From Candidatus Iainarchaeum sp. (GTDB lineage: Archaea > Micrarchaeota > Micrarchaeia > Burarchaeales > Fermentimicrarchaeaceae): a stretch of DNA of 64,000 bases. The notes below the pieces were generated by a model. It was given only the letters and a program-made list of their open reading frames with translations. It was not told the DNA's origin and searched no databases. The first letter of the stretch is position 1. Each line of letters starts with the position of its first letter. This document shows, in pieces, positions 1 to 10,469 of this stretch. A program made the position numbers and the translations under genes. The stretch lies in NCBI GenBank assembly GCA_028714235.1, contig JAQTMQ010000001.1, positions 10,218 through 74,217 on the forward strand, read 5' to 3'.

Positions 1-1
1 A

Positions 2-664
2 AAGATTTTCGACGCCATCCGCGCGCTCCTGAAGGCGACGACTTACGAGGACGCGCAAAGGTCGCAGTGGAACGTGGACGCGGACCCGGACACGTTCGCG
101 CTCTGGGTGGAGGAGAACGTGCCGCTCGAATACTCGGACGCGCGCGACCTCGCCCGCGCGTTCAACAGCCTTTCGCGCGCCGACGTGTTCAACGGGCGGA
201 TAAGGTCCCGCCAGTACTGGGGCTTCCTGCGCTACTCAAGCGTCCTCACGACCGCGGGAGTCGCGCTCGCGAAAAGCAGGCCTTACCCCGGCTACGTGCA
301 ATACCGGTTCCCGTCGTACCTGCGGAAGATGGGGGGCACCAAGTCGTCGCGCGCGAAAATGAGGGAGGTGGGCCGGAAGATTGGCGCGAGGACGCACTCG
401 TCCACCCGCGAGGCGGGAAGCATCTACCTTCCCCTCGTCCGAACCCTTCTAGAAGGCAGGGCGAGCGCGCGCGAAACCGCGGAATACTTCGGCCTTGAGA
501 TAGAGGACGTCGCGTTCATCACCGGGAAAAGCGAGAAGCAGGCGGAAAAGCTCGTTTCGCCGGCAAGGGAGGCAGGGCGCGAAGCGGAGAGAAAAGAGCC
601 GAAGAAGGCGCCGGCGAAGAGAAAGGCGCCCGGGCAAAACGGGCTTCAGGACTTCAAATCCTGA
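2..664 (+). CDS. rfcL: Replication factor C large subunit, C-terminal part (5'-partial at window edge)
   Basis: Frame-2 translation from nt 2 (KIFDAIRALLKATTYEDAQRSQWNVDADPD...) continues the 74..664 ORF; matches the conserved archaeal RFC-L C-terminal region with lysine-rich tail. Confidence 0.8.
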   Translation, partial: KIFDAIRALLKATTYEDAQRSQWNVDADPDTFALWVEENVPLEYSDARDLARAFNSLSRADVFNGRIRSRQYWGFLRYSSVLTTAGVALAKSRPYPGYVQYRFPSYLRKMGGTKSSRAKMREVGRKIGARTHSSTREAGSIYLPLVRTLLEGRASARETAEYFGLEIEDVAFITGKSEKQAEKLVSPAREAGREAERKEPKKAPAKRKAPGQNGLQDFKS

Positions 665-2288
665 TTTCGAACGCCGCGACGGGCTGCTCTATCCCGAAGT
701 TGTTGAGCGCCTGGGGATGGATTTCGCCGATGATGCCGACGCTTTTCCCGGCAACCAGGATTTCGGCGGCCCTCCCGGGAATGAACGTGGGGTGCGCGGA
801 CTCCCTGAACCCTATTTCGAGCCTCAGCTCGCGCGCGGCGGCTTCAAGGCAGGAGCGGGTTTCGGAGAAGGAGGCCTTCGGGTCGCAGGTTGCAGCGGCG
901 AGCCTCGTCTCCTCCACGACCTTGCCGCCGTCGATGGTCGCGGCCTCGCCCACCTCGAAGATTTTCTGGGGCGTCTTCTCGTCCTTGTTTCCGGCTATGG
1001 TTTCAAGCAGGGACGGGATGCACCACGTCCTCACCATCGTGAAGTTTTCGGTGAGCGGGTTCCTGATGTGGACGGCGGGCCGCTCGCCGGCAAGCGGCTT
1101 CTCGAAGTCCGCCTGCCTGTTCGTCATGTACCAGTGCAGCACCTCGGTGAAGCCGAGGCCGAGCATGGTTTCGCGCGCGAAATCCGAGCGCTCCTCCCGC
1201 CCGCTCCTTTTCCCGATTGAGCTGAAGGCGGGAAGCGCGGGCTCGAAGTTGTTGTAGCCGAACGGGATTGCAACGTCCTCTATCAGGTCAACTTCCTGGA
1301 GGACGTCAACCCTGTAGGCGGGCGTGCGGACGGAGAGGACGCCCTTCTTTTCGCTTGCGGAAACCGAGTGGCCCATGCGCTCGAGAAGCGTTTTCGCCTC
1401 TTCCCCGGAAAACTCCCGCCCGAGGAGCCTGTTCAGGTTCCGCAGGCGGAGGGAGGAAACCTGCGGGGAGAAGTCGGGCGTCGCTTCCGTCCCGGCCTTC
1501 CGCTTGATTGCGACCGAGCCGATTTTCGCCCCCCTGTCGAAGAGCGCGCTGCAGATTATCGTGAGCACGTCCTTCACCGAGTGCTCGGAGGTCCCGGTCA
1601 CGTCGATGAAGATGTTGCGCGCCTGCGGGGTGAGCTTCACTTTCTCCGCCGTGATGATCGGCGGGAGCGCGACCGCGTTTCCGGCCGAGTCCGCGATGAG
1701 CGGGTATTTCGCGTGGTCTTCCAGGATGTAGCCGTACTCTTTTCCCTGCGCGAGCTCGCCCAGAATCCGCCCCGGCGTCCAGGGCTCGGATTCGCCGAGC
1801 GGGACGAAGGCGTTCTCGTCCGGGCAGGTCGCGAAATACCTGAAGGGCGGCTTGAGCTTGTCGAGGTCCGTGAATCCTATCGCGACCTTCCTCCTCTTCC
1901 TCCCGAGCGTGTCGTGCAGCTTTTCCTGCAGGTTGATTAGCGAAACCAGGAGCTCGTCCGTGAGCTTGACGTCGCGCGCGGCCGCCGCTGCGATGAACGG
2001 CCTCACTTTTTTCACGGAATCGTCCACTTCCAGCTCTATTCCGGACTCGCTTGCCGAATAATCGGTGAAGCCGCGCTTCAGGGAAAGGAAGGATGAAAGC
2101 GCGCGCGCGAGCCCTTCGACGGAATACATGTCGGGGCGGTTGGGCGTGACCTCGACTCCAACCTCGTCCCCCTTGACGTATTCGACCGGCGTGCCGAGGC
2201 TCGTGACGCGCTCGCTCAGCTCTTCGTCCGAAAGCTCTTTCCCGAGAAGCGCGAAAAGCTCTTTTTTTGAAATCCTCGTGAGCGCCAT
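654..2288 (-). CDS. pheT: Phenylalanine--tRNA ligase beta subunit (archaeal type)
   Basis: 544-aa ORF with archaeal PheT B3/4 and catalytic-like domains; adjacent to pheS. Confidence 0.9.
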   Translation of the reverse strand: MALTRISKKELFALLGKELSDEELSERVTSLGTPVEYVKGDEVGVEVTPNRPDMYSVEGLARALSSFLSLKRGFTDYSASESGIELEVDDSVKKVRPFIAAAAARDVKLTDELLVSLINLQEKLHDTLGRKRRKVAIGFTDLDKLKPPFRYFATCPDENAFVPLGESEPWTPGRILGELAQGKEYGYILEDHAKYPLIADSAGNAVALPPIITAEKVKLTPQARNIFIDVTGTSEHSVKDVLTIICSALFDRGAKIGSVAIKRKAGTEATPDFSPQVSSLRLRNLNRLLGREFSGEEAKTLLERMGHSVSASEKKGVLSVRTPAYRVDVLQEVDLIEDVAIPFGYNNFEPALPAFSSIGKRSGREERSDFARETMLGLGFTEVLHWYMTNRQADFEKPLAGERPAVHIRNPLTENFTMVRTWCIPSLLETIAGNKDEKTPQKIFEVGEAATIDGGKVVEETRLAAATCDPKASFSETRSCLEAAARELRLEIGFRESAHPTFIPGRAAEILVAGKSVGIIGEIHPQALNNFGIEQPVAAFEIRI

Positions 2289-2292
2289 TTTT

Positions 2293-3789
2293 TCACCCGA
2301 GCCCCGCGCCGCTCGCGGGCGTCTCGCGAAGCCAGCCCAAGTCGTTCTTGTAGAAGGCGCGCATGTCGTCGAGGCCCATCATTATCATCGCGGGCCGCTC
2401 GAGGGACAGGCCCCAGGCGAGCACCGGGTATTTTCCCCAGAGCGGGAGGCACACCTCGGGCCTGAATACGCCCGCGCCGCCGAGCTCCATCCATTCGCCC
2501 TTTGGCTCGTAGAAAACGTCCACCTCGAGCGAGGGCTCGGTGTAGGGGAAATAGTGGGGCCTGAACCTGATTTTCTCGAAGCCGAGCTTCCGGTAGAACT
2601 CCCGCAGGACGCCGAGGAGCTGCGGGAAGGTCGCGTCCTCGTCTACGACGATTCCTTCCACCATCTGGAACTCGGCAAGGTGCTTGAAGTCGGTCGCCTC
2701 GTTCCTGTAAACGCGGCCGACGGCGAAGTATTTTCCTGGCGCCTTCCTCTCCCCTTTCCCGGCCTCGGCCACGTAGCGCGCGGAAAGCGCGGTCGTGTGC
2801 GTGCGGAGCACCGGCTGCTCGGCGACCTCCTTTTTCCACTTGTATTTCCAGCCCTTCTCGTGCGCCTTCGCGACCCTTTTCGCGACCGCCGGGTCCGGGA
2901 TTTCCATCCGGTCCGGGCTCATGAGGTAAAACGTGTCCGCGAGCTCGCGCGCGGGGTGGTCCTGCGGCTGGAAGAGCGCGTCGAAATTCCAGAAGGAGGA
3001 CTCAATCACGTTTCCCTCCATCTCCTCGAACCCGAGCTCTATGAAGATTTCGCGGAGCCTCGAAACAATCCTCTTGAGGGGGTGCGGCTTTGCCGGATAA
3101 ATTTTTTCGACGGGCGCCCCCAGGTCGTAGCCGCGGAGCGCCACGTCCCTCCATTTCCCGGTCGCGATGAGCTCGCGGGTGAGCTGGTTGACCTCGGCCT
3201 TCCCGCCCGAAGGCCCCTCCTGCGCGACGAGCCTTTCCCCCTCGGGGGTGATGCGGGGGTTCGCGATTTCCGTCCTCTCCCTCCTTGAAACGATGTCGCC
3301 GCGAGCGGCCAGCGCCTCCGCCGCCCGGGACTCGGCCTCGGAAAGCGGCTTTCCGGCAAGCAGTTTCTTGCACGCCTCCTCGGGCGGGTACGGCGCCGCG
3401 AGCTCCGCCCTCCCCTTTCCGGTCGCGCGGATTTCTTTCATCCGCTGCGTGGAAAAAATCTCTATCCAGCCGAGCTTTTTCGCCCAAGGCAGGCCGATTG
3501 AAAGCTCTTCCCCGTCCAAAAGCGAGAAGTCGGCTTCCCCTCTCGCGGCGACCTTCGCGAGCAGCCTCCTTTCCGGGAAGCCTTCCCTGCAGAAGCGCTT
3601 CCCCTCCTCGCCGAGCTCGAGGGACGCGCGCGCCTCCTCCGAAAACTCTACCGCGCCTTTCCCCTTCAGCCAGTAGAGCGCGCGGACGGCGGAATCCCGG
3701 CCGAGTTTGGAGGCCGAGCATATCTCGTCAACGGTCTTCGCGCCGGAGAGCAGGGCCGAGGCAACCAGTTTTTCGTGTTGGTGAAGCAA
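2293..3789 (-). CDS. pheS: Phenylalanine--tRNA ligase alpha subunit
   Basis: 498-aa ORF; class II aaRS core motifs (FRPHYFPYTEPS, GAGVFRPEV) of archaeal PheS. Confidence 0.9.
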   Translation of the reverse strand: MLHQHEKLVASALLSGAKTVDEICSASKLGRDSAVRALYWLKGKGAVEFSEEARASLELGEEGKRFCREGFPERRLLAKVAARGEADFSLLDGEELSIGLPWAKKLGWIEIFSTQRMKEIRATGKGRAELAAPYPPEEACKKLLAGKPLSEAESRAAEALAARGDIVSRRERTEIANPRITPEGERLVAQEGPSGGKAEVNQLTRELIATGKWRDVALRGYDLGAPVEKIYPAKPHPLKRIVSRLREIFIELGFEEMEGNVIESSFWNFDALFQPQDHPARELADTFYLMSPDRMEIPDPAVAKRVAKAHEKGWKYKWKKEVAEQPVLRTHTTALSARYVAEAGKGERKAPGKYFAVGRVYRNEATDFKHLAEFQMVEGIVVDEDATFPQLLGVLREFYRKLGFEKIRFRPHYFPYTEPSLEVDVFYEPKGEWMELGGAGVFRPEVCLPLWGKYPVLAWGLSLERPAMIMMGLDDMRAFYKNDLGWLRETPASGAGLG

Positions 3790-3842
3790 TCAACGCACCT
3801 TCAAGCAGGGCTGATGAGCCGCAACTATTTGCCTGCAAGGGA

Positions 3843-3851
3843 ATATTTAAA
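3843..3851 (+). promoter_or_regulatory. TATA-box-like element (atatttaaa) upstream of pilin-like gene
   Basis: AT-rich box ~35-40 nt upstream of ATG 3886 in an otherwise GC-rich context. Confidence 0.4.
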
Positions 3852-3885
3852 CAGTTGCAGGGAAATCATTCGCGGAGGCGGCGGC

Positions 3886-4368
3886 ATGGATTCCCCGGAT
3901 GCGAGGGCGCGCGGGCAGACGGCCCTCGAGTTCCTGATGACTTACGGTTGGGCGCTGGCGATACTCATGGCCGTCATCGCGCTCTTCGTGTACATCGGGC
4001 TCGGGCGCCTGCCGGCGCTTTCCCCGAACCAATGCAGCCTGCCCAACGCGCTTTCGTGCGCCGGCTACAAGATTTCCGAGGGAGGGGAAATCACGCTCGT
4101 CCTCGCGCAGAACACGGGCTACGACATCACGGTGACGGCGTTCGGCTGCAACGAGACGAACGCGACCCCCTTCGACCTCCCGGCCCCGGTCCTCGTGCCG
4201 AACGGCGGGTCGGCGAACCTGGCCGGGCTGCACGCGTGCGGAAAGGCGGACGGCGGCTGGATAAGCGGCGGGGAATACTATTCGGGAAAGCTGGCGGTCG
4301 AATACCAGGAGCCGGCCACCGGCATCAGCCACTCGGTAACCGGCGCCATCAGCTACCGCGTGGAGTGA
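3886..4368 (+). CDS. Class III signal peptide (archaeal type IV pilin-like) protein, paralog 1
   Basis: Start at the internal ATG (MDSPDARARGQ|TALEFLMTYGWALAILMAVIALFVYIG): short charged N-terminus, G-Q cleavage-like site and hydrophobic stretch typical of prepilin-peptidase substrates. Near-identical signal in the 50053..50547 paralog. Confidence 0.6.
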   Translation: MDSPDARARGQTALEFLMTYGWALAILMAVIALFVYIGLGRLPALSPNQCSLPNALSCAGYKISEGGEITLVLAQNTGYDITVTAFGCNETNATPFDLPAPVLVPNGGSANLAGLHACGKADGGWISGGEYYSGKLAVEYQEPATGISHSVTGAISYRVE

Positions 4369-4373
4369 GCGGC

Positions 4374-5213
4374 TCAGATTACCTTGAAGTTCTTGAGCGC
4401 GAGGAACAGGAGCGCGAGCGAAACGGCCACGAACGCGGCGACCGCCCCGTAGCTTGAGAAGACGATTCCCGTAAGCGAGCCCTGGAGGCTCGCGAAATAC
4501 GCGCTCACCTCGTCGTCAAGCGATTCCTCGGTCACGAAGGAGAACTCGAATTCCGTGATGCGTATCCCCACCCCGGTCGCGTTCCAGGCGTAATACCTGG
4601 CCGTGGCGAGCTGGGCGTCGGTCTGCGGGCTGGTGGGCTTGGGGAAGGTCGCGTAAAGGTCCACCTCCGAGTCGGGGAGCACGTTGATTTTGAGGGCGGT
4701 GTTCTCCGGGAGAATCTGCTCGGGCCGGGTCGCGTTCGCCCCGGCGGCGTTCGTGAAGGAGAAGACGCTGCCGACCGGCTTGAGGGTGTAGCGGGACTTG
4801 CGCGGGCCTATCTCGCTGATGAAGAAGATGGGGGACGAGGTGTCGTACTCTATGCTTATGATTGCGATGGACTTGTTGATGTACTGCAGACGGGTGAGCT
4901 GCTGGGGGTAGACCCGCGTGTTGAGCGGGGTGCCGAGAACGTGGTAGCGCAGGTTGCCCGAGCCAGTGATGCCCTGCCACGCCTCGATTGTCGCTGGGGC
5001 GGAAATCACGCTGCTTTGGTAGGTGCTGATTGCCGGGAACGAGACCGCCATCTCCGAGTGCTCGCGCACGTGCGCTGTCCCGTTCTGGTTCACGGTAATC
5101 GTGACCGTCAGGGAGAGGTCGTCAAAGCCCGTCGAGCTTTCCTGCGCGAAAGCGGCCAATGCCGCGGCTGCCAGGATGACGGAAACGAGGAGGGCGCGCG
5201 ACTGCCGTTGCAT
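4374..5213 (-). CDS. Secreted, C-terminally membrane-anchored hypothetical protein
   Basis: Internal Met start MQRQSRALLVSVILAAAALAAFAQ (signal peptide), N-glyc sequons, C-terminal TM helix. Confidence 0.45.
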   Translation of the reverse strand: MQRQSRALLVSVILAAAALAAFAQESSTGFDDLSLTVTITVNQNGTAHVREHSEMAVSFPAISTYQSSVISAPATIEAWQGITGSGNLRYHVLGTPLNTRVYPQQLTRLQYINKSIAIISIEYDTSSPIFFISEIGPRKSRYTLKPVGSVFSFTNAAGANATRPEQILPENTALKINVLPDSEVDLYATFPKPTSPQTDAQLATARYYAWNATGVGIRITEFEFSFVTEESLDDEVSAYFASLQGSLTGIVFSSYGAVAAFVAVSLALLFLALKNFKVI

Positions 5214-5277
5214 GACGGAAGTTTTGTGGGAGGGATAGTTATATTTATGTTGCGGGGCAAAGATTCCTCCGGTAAGA

Positions 5278-5952
5278 ATGGCACGCATCCGCTACTTCGG
5301 GCACTCGAGCTTCCAGCTGCTTTACGACGACGGCACGTCGGTCCTCATCGACCCGTTCTTTGCCGCGGAAGGGAGGGACAACCCGTCCGCGGCCAAGGGC
5401 GCGGGCTGGGTGAAGAAGTGCGACGCCATATTCGTCACGCACGAGCACCACGACCACTTCGAGCCGGAAACCGTCGCCGAGATTGCGGAGAGGACGTGGG
5501 CAAGCGTGGTCGCGCCAAAGCAGGTGCTCCGCGAGCTGCGGATACCCGACAAGTTCAAGGTCGAGGTCCGGGCGGGCGACGCCTTCGCCCTCAAGGGGAT
5601 GACGGTTGAGGTCATAAGGGCGATTCACCCGCAAAGCGTCTACCCGGTCGGCTACATCATTGCGAAGGACGGCGTCAGGGTGTACCACGCCGGCGACACG
5701 TACGAGTACGCGCAGATGGTCGACCTGAAGTGCGACTGGGCGCTTCTGCCAATCGGCGGCACGTACACGATGGACATCCAGGGAGCGGAAAAGGCGGCGA
5801 AGGAGATGCGCTGCAAGTACGCGGTCCCGATGCATTACTCCACGTGGGACAAGATTTCCCAGAGCCCGCGCGAATTCGAGGAGACCCTGCGCTCGTCCCG
5901 CGTGAAGCCAGTCATCATGAAGTTCGGGGAAGAGCGGGAGCTGACGCCGTAA
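5278..5952 (+). CDS. Metallo-beta-lactamase fold metal-dependent hydrolase (UPF0173-like)
   Basis: HEHHDH motif and MBL-fold spacing (FVTHEHHDHF). Confidence 0.75.
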   Translation: MARIRYFGHSSFQLLYDDGTSVLIDPFFAAEGRDNPSAAKGAGWVKKCDAIFVTHEHHDHFEPETVAEIAERTWASVVAPKQVLRELRIPDKFKVEVRAGDAFALKGMTVEVIRAIHPQSVYPVGYIIAKDGVRVYHAGDTYEYAQMVDLKCDWALLPIGGTYTMDIQGAEKAAKEMRCKYAVPMHYSTWDKISQSPREFEETLRSSRVKPVIMKFGEERELTP

Positions 5953-5992
5953 GGCTCGCGGTGGTTGCGTTTCTTTTGGAGGCTGGTTTCGT

Positions 5993-6442
5993 ATGGCGAC
6001 AATAACGGGCGGAAGGATTATCGCGGTCGAGGCGAAGCGCGACAAGACCGAAGTCCCGCGGGGCATGAACATGAACGTGGAGGTGCGCGACGTTTCCGCG
6101 AACAAGGACGAGCTGAGCGTGGAGTTCGCCTACACCGTGCAGTACAAGGAGAACGTGGCCACGATGAAAATCACGGGCATAATGCAGGCGAAGGAGGAGC
6201 CGAAGAAGGCGAAGGAAATCGCGAGGCAGTGGAAGGACGAGAAAAAGCTAAACGACGAATTCGCCGAGATGCTGATGAACTACGTTTCGTACGCCGGAGG
6301 CGTGGCCGGGACGTTTTTCTCGCAGGCGCTCGGCCTCAACGCGCCCCTGATGCTCATGCCAATCAGGCTCAAGCAGCTTTCCGGGGTGGCGCAGATGCAG
6401 GGCCCCGACCCCAAGGTCTCGGAGAAGGACAAGGCGGCCTAG
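5993..6442 (+). CDS. Hypothetical protein
   Basis: 149-aa ORF with compositionally normal coding signal; no family recognised. Confidence 0.4.
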   Translation: MATITGGRIIAVEAKRDKTEVPRGMNMNVEVRDVSANKDELSVEFAYTVQYKENVATMKITGIMQAKEEPKKAKEIARQWKDEKKLNDEFAEMLMNYVSYAGGVAGTFFSQALGLNAPLMLMPIRLKQLSGVAQMQGPDPKVSEKDKAA

Positions 6443-6482
6443 GTTTTTTGTTTTCCGCCGGCTTCCGTTTTTTTCGTTTTTC

Positions 6483-8468
6483 CTACTGCGCCCTGGCTTC
6501 GGCCTTGCGCTGCGCGGCCAGGTCTTCGACGAGCTTCTTCTTCCTTTCCGTGCCCTTCAGCGCGCTTGACAGGACCTCCTCAAGCGTCGCGACCGGAACG
6601 ATTTTCACCTTCTTGAGCCGCTTCCTGTCTATGTAGACGTCCTTCTCGTTCGCCCTCGGTATGAGGACGGTCTTGCAGCCCGCGTCAATCGCCGCCTCGA
6701 CTTTGGGGGTTACCCCGCCCACGGGCAGGACTTCGCCCCTGACCGAAAGCGAGCCCGTCATCGCGATGGACTGGTCCACCGGGATGCCTTCCATGGCGGA
6801 GAGGACCGCGACCGCGATTGAGATTGAGGCGGAGTCGCCCTCGACGCCCTCGTAAGTCTGAAGGAACTGGACGTGCATGTCGTAGTTCGAGACGTCCCTG
6901 CCTATGTGCTTCTTGATGATTGCGGAAACGTTTTCCACGGCCTCCTTCGCGATGTCGCCGAGCTTTCCCGTGGCGATGAGCTTTCCTTCCGAGCGCGAGC
7001 TTGCGGGCGTCACTTCCGCGACTATGGGGAGCACGAGGCCGCTCGCCTCCCCGCCGAGGACCGCGAGGCCGTTCACCCTCCCTATCCGGTACCCCCGCGT
7101 CACGAAAATCCTGTAATCCTTGCGCAGCTCTATGACCTGCTTTGAGATCTGCTGCTCGAGCGACGCTGCGGCGTCGCGGGCCTCGATGACGTCGTCCCGG
7201 GTGACGACGGCATCCCCGTTTTCGCGCGCGACGTCCCCGGCCGCGCGGACGAGGCCGCCGAGCTCGCGCAGCTTGAGGGTGAGCCGCCCCTTCCTTCCCG
7301 ACTTCCTGCGCGCCTCCTCCACGATGAGTTCCGCCGCCTCGCGGCTGAAGTGCGGGATTTTGCCGTCCTTCTTCACTTCCTGCGCGATGAATTGCACTAT
7401 TTTCCCCGCGTTTTCCGGCGTGTCCGGCATTGAGTCCTCCATGTAGACCTCGTAGCCGTAGCCGCGGATGCGGGAGCGGAGCGCCGGATGCATGTTCTGC
7501 ATGTCCGCGAGGTTTCCCGCGGCGACGAGCACGAAGTCGCAGGGAACCGGCTGCGTCTTCACGAGCGCTCCGGAGCTCATCTCGCTCTGCCCTGTAATCG
7601 AAAACCTCTTGTCCTGCATCGCGGTCAGCAGGTCCTGCTGCGACTTGGGCGTGAGCGAGGAAACCTCGTCAACGAAGAGCACGCCCTTGTTTGCGCGGTG
7701 AATCGCGCCGCTTTCAACCCTCAGGTGCGCGGGCGTGCCGAGGCCCCCGGATTGCAGCGGGTCGTGCCTGACGTCGCCGAAAAGCGCGCCGGCCCTCGCG
7801 CCCGTCGCGTCTATGAACGGGGCGGTCGTCTTCCCGGAATTGTCCACTATGAGCTTCGCTTCGCTGCCTTCGCCCGCGGGAAGCCTGCGCGAGATCCCGG
7901 ACGCGACCATGTACGCGGAGCCGAAGACGCACAAGCCGAGGATGGTGGCGGCGAAAATCCAGCTCATGTTGCCCGAGCCGTAGTCCGTGAAGGAAAGCAC
8001 GAACATCACGCCTATCGCGAAAACCAGGAGGAGCAGGATCGGCGAAATTCCCTTGCCGCGCATGCGCGACGCCATGCGCTCGCCCTCTATTATCACCCTT
8101 CCCTGGCCGTCCCACTTTTCCGGGGGCCTGCCCTCCTTCGCGTACTTGGCGACGAGGTCGTCGGGAAATGTCCTGACCACCTTGATGGCGGGCTGGTTCT
8201 CGTCGTTCTGGTTTGGGTAGACGAGGATGTCCTCGAGCTCTTCGCGGGGCATGAGCTCGGCCATCGCCTGCGCTATCATGCTTTTGCCGGTCCCGGGCGC
8301 GCCCATGAGGAGGACGTTTCTCCGCTGGGCCGCCGCCTTCTTTATTATGCGGACCGCGCGCTCCTGCCCGATAATCCAGTCGATGAGCTTTTCCGGGACT
8401 TCCACTTCCGCCGTGGATTTCGCCTTGAGCGGCTGCTTCGCCCCGTCAGCCCGGCCTTTTTTCGCCAT
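6483..8468 (-). CDS. lonB: Archaeal membrane-bound ATP-dependent Lon protease LonB
   Basis: Walker A GAPGTGKS, two TM helices inserted in the AAA+ module, C-terminal S16 protease domain. Confidence 0.9.
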   Translation of the reverse strand: MAKKGRADGAKQPLKAKSTAEVEVPEKLIDWIIGQERAVRIIKKAAAQRRNVLLMGAPGTGKSMIAQAMAELMPREELEDILVYPNQNDENQPAIKVVRTFPDDLVAKYAKEGRPPEKWDGQGRVIIEGERMASRMRGKGISPILLLLVFAIGVMFVLSFTDYGSGNMSWIFAATILGLCVFGSAYMVASGISRRLPAGEGSEAKLIVDNSGKTTAPFIDATGARAGALFGDVRHDPLQSGGLGTPAHLRVESGAIHRANKGVLFVDEVSSLTPKSQQDLLTAMQDKRFSITGQSEMSSGALVKTQPVPCDFVLVAAGNLADMQNMHPALRSRIRGYGYEVYMEDSMPDTPENAGKIVQFIAQEVKKDGKIPHFSREAAELIVEEARRKSGRKGRLTLKLRELGGLVRAAGDVARENGDAVVTRDDVIEARDAAASLEQQISKQVIELRKDYRIFVTRGYRIGRVNGLAVLGGEASGLVLPIVAEVTPASSRSEGKLIATGKLGDIAKEAVENVSAIIKKHIGRDVSNYDMHVQFLQTYEGVEGDSASISIAVAVLSAMEGIPVDQSIAMTGSLSVRGEVLPVGGVTPKVEAAIDAGCKTVLIPRANEKDVYIDRKRLKKVKIVPVATLEEVLSSALKGTERKKKLVEDLAAQRKAEARAQ

Positions 8469-8540
8469 CGGGCTTTTTTGGGGAGTTCAAATTAAAAAGG
8501 GGGTGAGAATCCGTTGGGCGGGCCGGCCTTGCCTTCCGGC

Positions 8541-8549
8541 TTTTTATAA
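8541..8549 (+). promoter_or_regulatory. TATA-box-like element (tttttataa) upstream of rnz
   Basis: ~25-30 nt upstream of ATG 8573, suggesting a leaderless transcript. Confidence 0.4.
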
Positions 8550-8572
8550 GGGTTTCCGCCCATAGTGAGGCG

Positions 8573-9457
8573 ATGCTCAAGGCGGTGATTCTCGGGAGCG
8601 GGGCGGCGATTCCGACCAAGGAGAGGGGGCTTTCCTCGGTCGGCCTCCGCTTCGCCGGCAGGGTGTACCTGTTCGATTGCGGCGAGGGCACGCAAAGGCA
8701 GATGATGCGGTTCGGCATGTCGTTTGCGAAGGTGGACTCCATCTTCGTTTCCCACTCGCACGCGGACCACATCGTGGGGATTGCGGGGCTCGCGCAAACG
8801 CTTGACCTTTCCGGGAGAAGGGAGCCGCTCAGGATTTTCTGCCCGAAGGGCGCGGCAGGGGACGTGGAAGCCCTGCTTTCAATCGGGAAGTACGGCTACC
8901 CGGCAGTGGTGAGCGAGATTGGCGAGGGCGCCGTCCTCGAGGGGAACGGGTTTTCGGTGAAAGCGTTCCAGGTCGCGCATTCCCGGCCCTCGCTCGGCTT
9001 CGTGTTTGAGGAGGAGGGGAGGCGCAACTTTGACGAAAAAAAGTGCGCGGCCCTCGGGATAAAGGGAAGGATGTTCGGCGAGCTTGAAGCGAAGGGCGAA
9101 ATCAGGGTCGGCGGGAAAACCGTGAAATACGAGTCGGTTTCCACCGCGAAGAGGGGCGCGAAATTCGCTTACAGCGGCGACTGCGTTCCCGGGAAGGGGA
9201 CGGTCGCCGCGGCAAGGGGCGCGCACGTGCTCGTGCACGAGGCGACGTACGCCTCGGACAAGGAGGAGGAGGCGCGCGAACACCTCCACTCGACCGCAGC
9301 GCAGGCGGCGGCAGTCGCGAAGAAGGCGGGCGCGGGAAGGCTCGTCCTGACGCACATCAGCGGCAGGTACAAGACGCCCGAACTCCATTTGCTGGACGCG
9401 CGGAAGGTTTTCCCGGAAACGGTTGCGGCCGAGGACGGGATGGAGCTCGTTTTCTAG
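8573..9457 (+). CDS. rnz: Ribonuclease Z (tRNA 3' endonuclease)
   Basis: MBL-fold HSHADH motif and overall tRNase Z architecture. Confidence 0.85.
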   Translation: MLKAVILGSGAAIPTKERGLSSVGLRFAGRVYLFDCGEGTQRQMMRFGMSFAKVDSIFVSHSHADHIVGIAGLAQTLDLSGRREPLRIFCPKGAAGDVEALLSIGKYGYPAVVSEIGEGAVLEGNGFSVKAFQVAHSRPSLGFVFEEEGRRNFDEKKCAALGIKGRMFGELEAKGEIRVGGKTVKYESVSTAKRGAKFAYSGDCVPGKGTVAAARGAHVLVHEATYASDKEEEAREHLHSTAAQAAAVAKKAGAGRLVLTHISGRYKTPELHLLDARKVFPETVAAEDGMELVF

Positions 9458-9515
9458 GGGCGCGGCTTCAGGGCGAACGAGCGCTTTTTAAACCCGCTTT
9501 TTCATAATCTGTGCG

Positions 9516-10055
9516 ATGAAGGAAGTGAGGGTAGGGGACGTCATGAGGAAAGGCGTCGTTACCTTGCAGCAGACGGCCACCGTGATGGATGCGGCGAAGA
9601 CGCTAGCCGAGAACAGCATCGGGAGCGTCATCGTGCTCCACAAGGGCGAGCCCGCCGGGATAATGACCGAGCGGGACATCGTCTCGAAGGTGGTTGCTGC
9701 TGGGAAGGACCCGGCAAAAGTCAAGCTAGCGTCGGTTATGAGCGCCCCGGTGAAGGCGGTAGGGCCGGAGCTGGGGATAGAGGAGTGCGCCCAGATTATC
9801 CGGGACGAGCGCGTCAAGCGCCTGCCCGTCCTGAACAAGAAGGGCGAGCTCATCGGCATAATAAGCGAAACCGACATAGTGAACGTGAGCCCGGCGCTCT
9901 TCGACATAATCCGCGAGAGGGCGGACATCGAAGGGGGGCGCTTCGCGAGGGAAAGGGTTTTCACGGGGATTTGCGAGTCATGCTCCAATTATTCGGAAAA
10001 CCTGCAGCGGGTTGACAGGCGGCTCCTCTGCGAGGAGTGCGCCGAAGCGCCGTGA
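9516..10055 (+). CDS. CBS-domain pair protein with C-terminal zinc ribbon
   Basis: Two CBS repeats, then CxxC...CxxC (CESCSNYSENLQRVDRRLLCEEC). Confidence 0.7.
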   Translation: MKEVRVGDVMRKGVVTLQQTATVMDAAKTLAENSIGSVIVLHKGEPAGIMTERDIVSKVVAAGKDPAKVKLASVMSAPVKAVGPELGIEECAQIIRDERVKRLPVLNKKGELIGIISETDIVNVSPALFDIIRERADIEGGRFARERVFTGICESCSNYSENLQRVDRRLLCEECAEAP

Positions 10056-10205
10056 TTGCGGGGCATGCTTTAATACCGGGTATGAGTAACGTTCGATGCT
10101 GTGCATGGATGGCCGCGGGAGTATGACAGGCTATGAACAGCGGTCAACAATGCACAGTACACCTTTCCTCCCGGGTTCCCGCTCGTTCTTTCATCGGAAG
10201 GAAAC

Positions 10206-10469
10206 ATGGCAAGGATTGAGGCGGTTGTCGCCCCGAATTCGCGCAAGTTCGAGGTCAGCCTGGACCCGGAAAACAGGCTCCGGGTGAGGCTCACCGAGCG
10301 CGCGGAAGGGAACAAGGCGAACCTTGAGCTCGTGAAAAAGCTTTCGGAGCTCTTAGGTGCCCCTGTTTCCATCGCGAGGGGCGCGGCCTCGAAGCGGAAG
10401 ACGCTGGGAGTTGGGCTCGATGAAGACGAAGTCTTTAAGCGAATACGAGAGGCTGGAAAAGAAGGCTAA
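10206..10469 (+). CDS. DUF167/YggU-like small protein
   Basis: 87-aa protein resembling the UPF0235/YggU family. Confidence 0.55.
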   Translation: MARIEAVVAPNSRKFEVSLDPENRLRVRLTERAEGNKANLELVKKLSELLGAPVSIARGAASKRKTLGVGLDEDEVFKRIREAGKEG

